A stretch of 13,443 bases of DNA, from contig JBDRNT010000087.1 in NCBI GenBank assembly GCA_043810925.1, forward strand, positions 1 to 13,443, in the 5' to 3' direction. Under the pieces are notes generated by a model, which worked only from the letters and a program-made list of their open reading frames with translations, did no database searches and was not told the DNA's origin. Below are positions 1 through 6,720 of the stretch, in pieces; the first letter of the stretch is position 1, and each line of letters starts with the position of its first letter. The position numbers were made by a program, and so were the translations under genes. This DNA is from Candidatus Eiseniibacteriota bacterium (GTDB taxonomy: Bacteria > Arandabacterota > Arandabacteria > Arandabacterales > Arandabacteraceae).

Positions 1-48
1 AATACGGGTGTTGCTTGAATGAACATCCAATCCACCGTATAATTCCAT
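1..48 (-). CDS. IS110-family (DEDD) transposase/recombinase, N-terminal 16 codons only; continues off the left edge
   Basis: Reverse complement of 1-48 reads ATG GAA TTA TAC GGT GGA TTG GAT GTT CAT TCA... = MELYGGLDVHSSNTRI, matching the IS110 N-terminal YxGhDhH motif that carries the first catalytic Asp. Strong SD (AAAGGAGGT, minus strand 62-54) upstream. Too short to appear in the ORF track. Confidence 0.8.
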   Translation of the reverse strand, partial: MELYGGLDVHSSNTRI

Positions 49-138
49 AGGGCACCTCCTTTGGTTGGTGGTAAACCAGAGCATACCAGAGAGAAATCTC
101 TCTTGGAATGCTCTGGAGGTGCCTCTTTATGATTATCA
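1..138 (-). mobile_element. Left (transposase-upstream) end of an IS110-family insertion sequence
   Basis: Transposase start at 48, a ~90-nt structured non-coding end, and a boundary near 136-138 where the sequence switches into the arm of a chromosomal inverted repeat. The exact end is inferred; the right end is outside the window. Confidence 0.7.
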
Positions 139-247
139 GGCTTTGAATTCTTGAATTCCGACGTTCGCCTGTTCTGGTTGTTGCGTGCATCGGGCACGTA
201 GACACGACAGCGCATCCACGGAATTCAAGAATTCAAAGCCTGACCCC
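136..247. repeat. REP-like extragenic inverted repeat (25-bp perfect arms, 58-nt spacer)
   Basis: TCAGGCTTTGAATTCTTGAATTCCG (136-160) is the exact reverse complement of CGGAATTCAAGAATTCAAAGCCTGA (219-243). The right arm continues CCCC (244-247). A degenerate partial copy AAGTCTGACCTC (259-270) matches AAGCCTGACCCC (236-247) at 10/12. Confidence 0.85.
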
Positions 248-290
248 AGCAGTCTTGTAAGTCTGACCTCGGTGGTTTATGATCTAGCGC

Positions 291-1481
291 GTGAGACAAC
301 CCACGTATGAAACAGCCGGCGATGTTGAGCGCTTTGACGAGCGGGACACAGTGTTTGCCAGGGAGGCACTCGTTCCCGGGTCCAGAGAAGAGATCGACTA
401 CCACAACCGTAACCCGCACCTTAAGGAGATCGACACCGAACTCAGCCGGTTCATTACCGATAAGATGGACCGGTCGGGTGCAACCTGGGGACGGGCTTAC
501 TACCGGACAGGGTTCTCATCGATCGCCCATCTGGCGCTGCCTGACTGTGTGGACGGCCGGCCTTCACCCACCGGGTTCGATCTGACCAAGGACCGGAACA
601 CCGACCTCGTCAGGGACATCTCATACTATCTCGGTGCCGACGTGGTCGCTATAGGCCCGCTTAAGCCTGAGTGGGTTTATTCCCACAGAGGCACGCGGCC
701 ATTCTTCGATGATGAGCCTCAGAACCTCCCTCTCTTCGAGGGAATGCCCGAGCACTATACGGGAAAGCTCTGGGGCGATCCGATCGAGCTTGGCCACGCG
801 AACGCGATCTCGCTCGGCTTTGCGCAGAATCTGGATATGCTCAGGGCCGGACCGGGTGACGCATCGGACCTCGAGATCGGAAGGGTGTATGCTAAAAGCG
901 CGCTGGTTGCGTGCCAGCTGGCGAGTTTGATACGAAGCATGGGATTTCCCGCGCGTGCGCACCACGTGCGCAACTACTGTGTGCTTGCAGTGCCGGTCGC
1001 GGTCGATGCGGGCATGGGCGAACTCGCTCGAAGCGGACATCTTCTCAACAAGATCTACGGCTTGAACCTGCGGCTCTCCTGTGTCACGACCGATCTGCCG
1101 CTGAATCAAGACCAGCCCGTTGATGACGGAATCCAGGGCTTCTGCGAGCGGTGTCTGAAGTGTGCCAGGACCTGTCCGGCCGCTGCCATTCCTACCGGGG
1201 AGAAGACGGTCGTCAGGGGAGTAAGGAAGTGGCAGATCGACCCCGAGCGGTGTCTTGCATACTGGTCAAGGGTGGGGGCGGCATGCGTGATCTGCCAGAC
1301 CGTGTGCCCGTGGAGCAAGCATCCGGGCCTGTTCCATAAGACCGTAGCCCACATCGCGTCGAAGGTAAGCTGGATGACCCGGGCTCTGGTTTTCGGAGAC
1401 GACCTCTTCTATGGGAAGAGGTACGAAAGAAAAAACGAACCTGGATGGATGCGCCGGAACCGGGTTGATATCCGTTCATGA
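291..1481 (+). CDS. Reductive dehalogenase-like protein (RdhA/QueG superfamily; cobalamin plus two [4Fe-4S]), no TAT signal
   Basis: 396 aa. Motifs: LGADVVAI; AVDAGMGELARSG..L...YG..LRL..VTTDLPL..D.P.D.GI; FCERCLKCARTCPAAAI (CxxCxxCxxxCP); WQIDPERC..YW....ACVICQTVCPWSK. This is the RdhA-type second cluster layout. GTG start with no clear SD, so the start is uncertain. Confidence 0.8.
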   Translation: MRQPTYETAGDVERFDERDTVFAREALVPGSREEIDYHNRNPHLKEIDTELSRFITDKMDRSGATWGRAYYRTGFSSIAHLALPDCVDGRPSPTGFDLTKDRNTDLVRDISYYLGADVVAIGPLKPEWVYSHRGTRPFFDDEPQNLPLFEGMPEHYTGKLWGDPIELGHANAISLGFAQNLDMLRAGPGDASDLEIGRVYAKSALVACQLASLIRSMGFPARAHHVRNYCVLAVPVAVDAGMGELARSGHLLNKIYGLNLRLSCVTTDLPLNQDQPVDDGIQGFCERCLKCARTCPAAAIPTGEKTVVRGVRKWQIDPERCLAYWSRVGAACVICQTVCPWSKHPGLFHKTVAHIASKVSWMTRALVFGDDLFYGKRYERKNEPGWMRRNRVDIRS

Positions 1482-1579
1482 TCCTGTAGTCCCCCGCACA
1501 GATGCATAGGCACACGGCCGGATACTAGGCGGACGCGGAAGCCGGTTCGTGTTAAAAGCGATAGCACTGCAAAAAAGAC

Positions 1580-1609
1580 TTGACAAGATGGCAGAGTAAA
1601 TGATAAACA
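1580..1609 (+). promoter_or_regulatory. Possible sigma70-type promoter
   Basis: Perfect TTGACA at 1580-1585 preceded by an A-tract (1571-1576). The -10 is weak (AT-rich TGATAAAC, 1601-1608). Confidence 0.4.
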
Positions 1610-1611
1610 CG

Positions 1612-1815
1612 ATTGCAGATATTGGTGTTTCTTGGGCAGAACTTGGAGATACAGGGATTAGGTGGTAATCCTTGAGAGATGAACGACCTAAGAAACTACG
1701 GCCAAACGCGTTAAATCTTATCCGATATATACCCGGGGGCGTACTGGTTCAGGGTGAGGCTTCGGCCTCGAGAGGAGCCTAAAAGGTGGGGTGAAAGCCC
1801 CACCTTTGCTCTTTT
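1612..1815 (+). ncRNA. Candidate structured small RNA or attenuator leader, family not recognised
   Basis: GTTTCTTGGG (1627-1636) pairs with CCTAAGAAAC (1687-1696), enclosing CAGGGATTA/TAATCCTTG (1652-1660/1666-1674). GGTTC/GAGCC (1746-1750/1775-1779) encloses GAGGC-TTCG-GCCTC (cUUCGg tetraloop). The region ends in a terminator-like hairpin and lies directly after a promoter motif. Confidence 0.45.
1782..1815 (+). terminator. Rho-independent terminator-like hairpin
   Basis: AAAGGTGGGGT-GAAA-GCCCCACCTTT (1782-1807, GNRA loop) followed by GCTCTTTT; A-run on the 5' side, so possibly bidirectional. Confidence 0.65.
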
Positions 1816-1875
1816 CAAAGGGTTAACAAACCTGTCCAACATCAGCCAAGAACCGCAACTTGATGCAAAATACAC

Positions 1876-1904
1876 TTGACAGGATTCACGCTCTCGGCCA
1901 GAAT
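1876..1904 (+). promoter_or_regulatory. Sigma70-type promoter for the TBDR cassette
   Basis: TTGACA (1876-1881), 17-nt spacer, CAGAAT (1899-1904). Predicted transcription start near 1911, giving a ~230-nt leader. Confidence 0.6.
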
Positions 1905-1920
1905 GGCCATGGTCTGATAT

Positions 1921-2135
1921 GGAGAACCTTTGGATGAACAGCTCTAGGCAGTTCCCTTTCGACTCCCGGACCGGAGGAGGGGATGACCTTTCCCTTGAGG
2001 GCTGGTCGAATTTCCGCACAGAAGTCTTCACCGTCCCTGCTTCGATTTCAGGATTCAAAGGCCTGGTTATCTTCTGCCTGGGCAGGATATGTTCATCTTT
2101 CAGGTTCTTTTCGCTCCGTACTTTGAAAAGGAGGT
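1921..2135 (+). ncRNA. Candidate ~190-nt rod-like structured leader RNA with an alternative anti-SD hairpin
   Basis: Nested helices 1921-1929/2102-2110, 1932-1940/2090-2098, 1943-1951/2074-2082, 1955-1966/2051-2061 (one bulge, one mismatch) and 1979-1985/2032-2038, several with G-U pairs. TTCTTTTC (2105-2112) can alternatively pair with GAAAAGGA (2125-2132), overlapping the SD. Confidence 0.55.
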
Positions 2136-2141
2136 AGGATG

Positions 2142-4778
2142 ATGCGAAACCCTGTCACGAGAACCTTGGCAATATTCTTGCTGATTGGGGTACTACCGGC
2201 GCTGTGCTCCGCCGGGATTGTCGGTAAGATCGCCGGTAAGGTCTCCGACAAGGAAACGGGGGAATCACTCCAGTTCGCCAACGTGGTCGTTATTGACACA
2301 CCGATGGGCGCCATGTCGCTGGCGGACGGGCTTTTTGCCATCTTGAATGTCACGCCCGGCACCTACGATGTCCAGGCGTCCTTCATGGGCTACAAGCCGG
2401 TCAGGATCAGCGGAGTGGTGGTGAAACCCGATCTCACCGTCATGGTTGAGTTCGAGCTCGAAAAGACCGTCGTGGAAGTGGTTGACCCGATCATCATCAG
2501 GGCGGAACGCCCGATCGTCGAGGTGGATGTCACTTCGACACGCCATATCATGACGGCCGACGAGGTTGATGCGCTGCCCATAGATAACCCAGTTAACATC
2601 GTCAACTTCATCTCGGGGAGCAGCGTCGATGCCAGAGGAACCCACATCAGGGGCGGCCGCGACACCGAGGTCGGCTATTACATCGATAACTCGCCCATCA
2701 CGGATCCCATCGAGAACAACTCGATGCTCAATCTCTCGACCCAGTCGGTCAACGAACTCGTTGTCTTCACGGGCGGGTTCAACGCCGAGTACGGGAATGC
2801 GAGCTCGGGTATCATCAACATCATCACGACCGAGGGAACGAACGATTTCAAGGGCTCATATGAGCACCGGATGTATCTACCGGTCGAGATGTTCTGGCGC
2901 CATAATGATGGGGGCGATCCCCTGGATACGGGAGAGATTCGCGAACGTTTCAACTTGAGTGGTCCGGTTTTCAAGAAAGCCGATTCCGACCTGAGATTCG
3001 CCGCATCCGTCGAGGGAACCAACTGGGATGATTACGATCCTCGCGTGGAGGCTCTCGATCGTCCGGGCAAGCAGCGGCTCTACAACGGTACATTGACCTA
3101 CCGTCGCGGCCGGACCAAGATCAAGGGTGTTTTCAACGCCGAGAACCAGGAGTACGTGGACAGCTACGACGGTCAGCGTCTCTACGAGCGGATCCTGGTG
3201 CCAGAAACCTGGCGTAATAACACGATTGACAACTACCGCGTCGCCTTAAGCGGCAGCCATATGGTCACCGACCGGTCCTTTGTCGAGGCATCGTTCAGCG
3301 TGCTTGACGGCACATTGGAGATCGCCCAGCCCGGAAAGGGCTGGGATCCCGAACTCAGTGAGTTCGACAACCAGGTCAAGTATGACTGGGACCTCGATAC
3401 CAGACGTGATGCGAATAACTTCATCATCAGCGGAGATATGCCCTACTACGATTACCAGGAAAAGCGGGTCTACTCCTTCCGCGGGGCCTACACGCACCAG
3501 CGCGGCAGGAATGAGATCAAGACCGGTCTTGATCTCAATATGTACGATGTCCTCTACAACGATGTCTTCGCATCGACCGACAACTACTATATTTACACGT
3601 ATGATGTGAGCCCGATGGCGGGTGCCTTGTACGCTCAGGATAAGCTCGAGTTTGAGGGCTTGATTATGAATCTGGGCCTGAGACTCGATTTCTTCGATCC
3701 GAGCCACAAGGTCTTCAAGGATTATGACCATCCTTTCGATCCTGCCCTTCCTGCGGATCAGTGGCACGGTCCGGATGGGAACCAGGCTCCTATCGAGGTG
3801 GAGAGCTACGATAGCACCGGCGCGTACGCGGGTGGTGGTCTGGTGGACGCGGACGTCAAGTGGAAGTTGAGCCCGAGGCTCGGTGCTTCACATCCGATCA
3901 CCGAGAACACTTATCTCCACTTCCTCTACGGTCACTTCTTCCAGATGCCGTCGTTTGATTATCTCTACGAGAATGAGAAATTCCATACGCGTGGCCGCTG
4001 GCTCCGCTCGGGAAATGCCGATCTTGAAGCCGAGAAGACCGTGGCCTACGAAGTCGGTTTCAACCATCTGCTGAGCAAGAACACGGCCGTGGATGTCACG
4101 TTCTTCTACAAAGACATAACCGACATGGTCGAGACCGTGACCAGGGGGCCGTTTGCAGAATCTAACCCCCAGGCCGAGGAGAACTACGTCACGTATATGA
4201 ACTCGGGTTACGGTAATGTGCGCGGCTTCGAGATCAATCTCAAGCGGCCACATTTCCAGAACTGGCATTACCATGCCGCCTATACGTTCATGGTGGCCAA
4301 GGGCTTCAGTTCGGATTGGGACGAGGGTTATCTGAGAAGATTCGATGACGAGGAGTTCCCGACCCAGCAGTTCTATCTCGACTGGGACAGGAGGCATTCC
4401 TTCCTGATTACCGGCGGGTACGGCAAGGCCAAGAACTGGGGTGCGGATGTCTCTGTATCATATGCTACCGGTGCTCCATTCACGCACCCGCTGTCGCTGG
4501 GCAAGAAGCCTTCGCGCAATTCCTCGCGCTACCCGGCGATCAGCAATGTGGACGCGGAAGTCCACAAGGTCTTCAATATTCTGGGGCTTGATACTAATGT
4601 ATTTGTGCGTGCGACCAACCTCTTTGATCAGCGCAACCTGGTAAACTGGGATGACGTGGATCAGGATCTGAGGAACTGGTTGATTATCAATCCGGGCGAC
4701 TATCTTGGCCCGTTCGGCGACTATACGGTCTATGGGCCGCCGAGGCAAGTTCTCGGCGGTTTCAGGGTCAATTTCTAA
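2142..4778 (+). CDS. TonB-dependent outer-membrane receptor with N-terminal carboxypeptidase-regulatory-like domain
   Basis: Sec signal peptide, then GKIAGKVSDKETGESLQFANV...DG.F.ILNV.PGTYDV.ASFMGY (prealbumin-like N domain). Plug motifs HIRGGR..EV.YYID and TGGFNAEYGNASSGIINI.T. Barrel motifs AQDKLEF..LIMNLGLRLD.FDP, SPRLG.SHPI, YGHFFQMP, GN.DL.AEKTVAYEVG. C-terminal Phe (GFRVNF). SD AAGGAGGT at 2128-2135 favours ATG 2142 over 2139. Confidence 0.93.
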   Translation: MRNPVTRTLAIFLLIGVLPALCSAGIVGKIAGKVSDKETGESLQFANVVVIDTPMGAMSLADGLFAILNVTPGTYDVQASFMGYKPVRISGVVVKPDLTVMVEFELEKTVVEVVDPIIIRAERPIVEVDVTSTRHIMTADEVDALPIDNPVNIVNFISGSSVDARGTHIRGGRDTEVGYYIDNSPITDPIENNSMLNLSTQSVNELVVFTGGFNAEYGNASSGIINIITTEGTNDFKGSYEHRMYLPVEMFWRHNDGGDPLDTGEIRERFNLSGPVFKKADSDLRFAASVEGTNWDDYDPRVEALDRPGKQRLYNGTLTYRRGRTKIKGVFNAENQEYVDSYDGQRLYERILVPETWRNNTIDNYRVALSGSHMVTDRSFVEASFSVLDGTLEIAQPGKGWDPELSEFDNQVKYDWDLDTRRDANNFIISGDMPYYDYQEKRVYSFRGAYTHQRGRNEIKTGLDLNMYDVLYNDVFASTDNYYIYTYDVSPMAGALYAQDKLEFEGLIMNLGLRLDFFDPSHKVFKDYDHPFDPALPADQWHGPDGNQAPIEVESYDSTGAYAGGGLVDADVKWKLSPRLGASHPITENTYLHFLYGHFFQMPSFDYLYENEKFHTRGRWLRSGNADLEAEKTVAYEVGFNHLLSKNTAVDVTFFYKDITDMVETVTRGPFAESNPQAEENYVTYMNSGYGNVRGFEINLKRPHFQNWHYHAAYTFMVAKGFSSDWDEGYLRRFDDEEFPTQQFYLDWDRRHSFLITGGYGKAKNWGADVSVSYATGAPFTHPLSLGKKPSRNSSRYPAISNVDAEVHKVFNILGLDTNVFVRATNLFDQRNLVNWDDVDQDLRNWLIINPGDYLGPFGDYTVYGPPRQVLGGFRVNF

Positions 4779-4810
4779 GGTTGGGTCCTAAAACAGGGAG
4801 GCTGTTGATC

Positions 4811-6688
4811 ATGAGAAACTTGGTCTGTCTTGCGCTCGCAGTATGTCTCCTCGCCTCGTTCTGGGGAGCCTCTGAGGCAAGGAACAATCCTGAGAGGCTG
4901 AAAGAATTGGAGGAAGCAGACGGGTCGCGTATCGTGAAGGAAACAGCTGTGGCCAGCCAGTTCTTCAACGATCTCCACGTCGGCGCTTTATGGTTCCCTG
5001 CCATCAGGAATAAGGGGTATGTGGGCTACTACGATCTGTCGGCATACTACCCCGGTGGCGGTGACCAATCCAACGTGTGGCAGGCCGGTATGTGGGCCGG
5101 TGGCTACGTCTGGGCCGGGACGGGATTCACCGACAACGCCTGGCGGTTTCAGGGCTCGGATGGCCGTCATTCCGATCCCAACCAGTACGATACGCTGGAT
5201 GAGCAGGCGGTCGTTGAGACTGAGGCGGATCTGGGTTACCCGTTTCCTTTCCGGCGCCTGACGGTGCATGTGAACAGCGCAAACAAACCTATAGAACCGG
5301 TTGACGCCGACAGCGTGGATGCCATAGACGGTGACATGGGATTGGATGTAACTTATCAATGGAACCAATGGGGTGTCCGTGGCTACGACGACTGGGTCTT
5401 CCTCCGCGTCACGGTCGAATTCTCGAAACCCATACAGGACTTCTACTTGGGATGGATGAGTGACTGTGATGTCGGCGACGTGAATGTCCCCGACTTCTAC
5501 TTTGACGATTTCGCGGGTTGGGATGAAGACCTTGCGTTCTGCTACATGATGGACTGGGATTCCGATCCGCTTCCCGGACAGCCCCAGGCTGCAAGCACCG
5601 AAGACAGCCTTTTCCTTTCACCCAATGCGATTGGTCAGATCCTGCTGGCTGCACCTCCCGTTGAAGGCCCGGTAACTGCCGCTCCGGATCCGGCCCAGCG
5701 GTGGGTATCGAAGAACTACTGGGACTGGAACAACGACATATCCTCCGTCCAGGACCAGTATGACCGGCTTGCCGGTATCTGGGAGAACACCTTCCCGCCG
5801 GAGGACGATTTCGATTACAGGATCTTAAACGGGGTCGGCCCCTATGACGTCGAGGCCGGCGATATCGCCGAGTTCTGGATGGCTTATGTGATTGGTGAAG
5901 GCTATGATGATGACTCTCATGCGACCTTCGGTCTGGGCACCCTCGTGGAACACGTCGAGGCTGCCTACGACTTCTACAATGACGGAATGGTGATCCCGGC
6001 CGATGCCTATCCGCCCCAGGCACCCGATCTTAATCCCGACCTCGATGTGGATGTCACCGCGGATGAGCTGACGGTCCACTGGGATGGCTATACAAATATT
6101 GCAGGCGGTGTTGATGCGGACAGTTTCATCGTCTATACGAGCACAATCAGCAAGGTGGGACCCTGGACACGTGTTGCCGCGTTCGGAAACACCACTACCA
6201 ACACCGTCCTTACCCTGGCTCCCGGATTCTATACCTACGTGTGGGTCGAGGCCTATGATACCGACAACGGCGGAAGCAACCCGTGGGCGCTCTCAAGCCG
6301 CCTCTGGGAACGTGACGGCAGCGGCGTCCTCCGGGCAAATGAAAACACCATCGTCAGCGTGATAGGTAATACGGCTGCCGAGACCGAGCTTGACGACATC
6401 ACGGTCGCCCCGAACCCGTATATCGGTTCAAACCCGGGCGAGCTGCAGGAATACGAGACGCTTATCGGCTTCCACCATCTGCCCGCGAAGTGCGACATAT
6501 ACGTCTATACGTTGCTTGGCAACGTCGTGGACGTGATCCATCATGATGCCCAGTCGGGCTCGGAGTTCTGGGACATGACGACAAGGACCGGCGAAGCGAT
6601 TTCCTCCGGTCTTTATGTCTATAGGGTCAAGAGTGAAGACGGAAAAGAGAAGATAGGCAAGTTTGCCGTGATCAAGGGACAGAGGTAA
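4811..6688 (+). CDS. Secreted Asp-rich protein with FN3-like domain and T9SS type-A/FlgD-Ig-like C-terminal domain
   Basis: ATG 4811 with SD GGGAGG (4796-4801); 625 aa with a signal peptide. FN3-like segment (PPQAP...ELTVHWD...FIVY...YVWVEAYD). C-terminal ITVAPNPY...F.HLP..C.IY.YTL.G..V..I.H......WD..T..G..ISSGLY.YRV......IGKFAVIK is typical of T9SS-like sorting domains. Confidence 0.8.
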   Translation: MRNLVCLALAVCLLASFWGASEARNNPERLKELEEADGSRIVKETAVASQFFNDLHVGALWFPAIRNKGYVGYYDLSAYYPGGGDQSNVWQAGMWAGGYVWAGTGFTDNAWRFQGSDGRHSDPNQYDTLDEQAVVETEADLGYPFPFRRLTVHVNSANKPIEPVDADSVDAIDGDMGLDVTYQWNQWGVRGYDDWVFLRVTVEFSKPIQDFYLGWMSDCDVGDVNVPDFYFDDFAGWDEDLAFCYMMDWDSDPLPGQPQAASTEDSLFLSPNAIGQILLAAPPVEGPVTAAPDPAQRWVSKNYWDWNNDISSVQDQYDRLAGIWENTFPPEDDFDYRILNGVGPYDVEAGDIAEFWMAYVIGEGYDDDSHATFGLGTLVEHVEAAYDFYNDGMVIPADAYPPQAPDLNPDLDVDVTADELTVHWDGYTNIAGGVDADSFIVYTSTISKVGPWTRVAAFGNTTTNTVLTLAPGFYTYVWVEAYDTDNGGSNPWALSSRLWERDGSGVLRANENTIVSVIGNTAAETELDDITVAPNPYIGSNPGELQEYETLIGFHHLPAKCDIYVYTLLGNVVDVIHHDAQSGSEFWDMTTRTGEAISSGLYVYRVKSEDGKEKIGKFAVIKGQR

Positions 6689-6720
6689 TTCTTTGGGCCA
6701 ACGCAACGGAGGATAGAGCG

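Noticed and set aside
291..1481. Calling the gene queG or a respiratory rdhA
   Set aside because: It lacks the QueG-type YARGxDYH and GCDxCQ motifs, and lacks the TAT leader and rdhB needed for a respiratory system, so no gene symbol was assigned.
1513..1551. Hairpin CACGGCCGG...CCGGTTCGTG after the rdhA-like gene as a terminator or group II intron remnant
   Set aside because: The loop is large, there is no U-tract, and there is no domain V consensus; too weak to call.
1679..1714. 11-aa mini-ORF MNDLRNYGQTR as an attenuator peptide
   Set aside because: No run of regulatory codons, weak SD, and an ORF of this length is expected by chance.
1735..1970. tmRNA or tRNA, suggested by GGGGGCGTACTGGTT (1735-1749) and TTCGACTCCC (1958-1967)
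   Set aside because: The 5' match lacks the following TCGAC, the T-loop-like motif has no pairing stem or acceptor end with CCA, and a terminator lies between them.
1919..2137. 72-aa ORF in the TBDR leader
   Set aside because: No SD and no recognisable protein features; the region is better explained by RNA structure. A leader-peptide role cannot be fully excluded, since its stop overlaps the SD-ATG spacer.
1482..2141. Cobalamin riboswitch (tempting between a B12 enzyme and a TBDR)
   Set aside because: No GGGAA..GGTG..AA.TCC core, no C.ACTGT and no B12-box (AG.C.G.A.ACC.GCC) on the plus strand.
4781..4810. Upstream starts from the ORF track (TTG 4781; also GTG 9400 and GTG 10368)
   Set aside because: Downstream ATGs at 4811, 9421 and 10374/10377 have properly spaced SD sequences and give cleaner N-termini.
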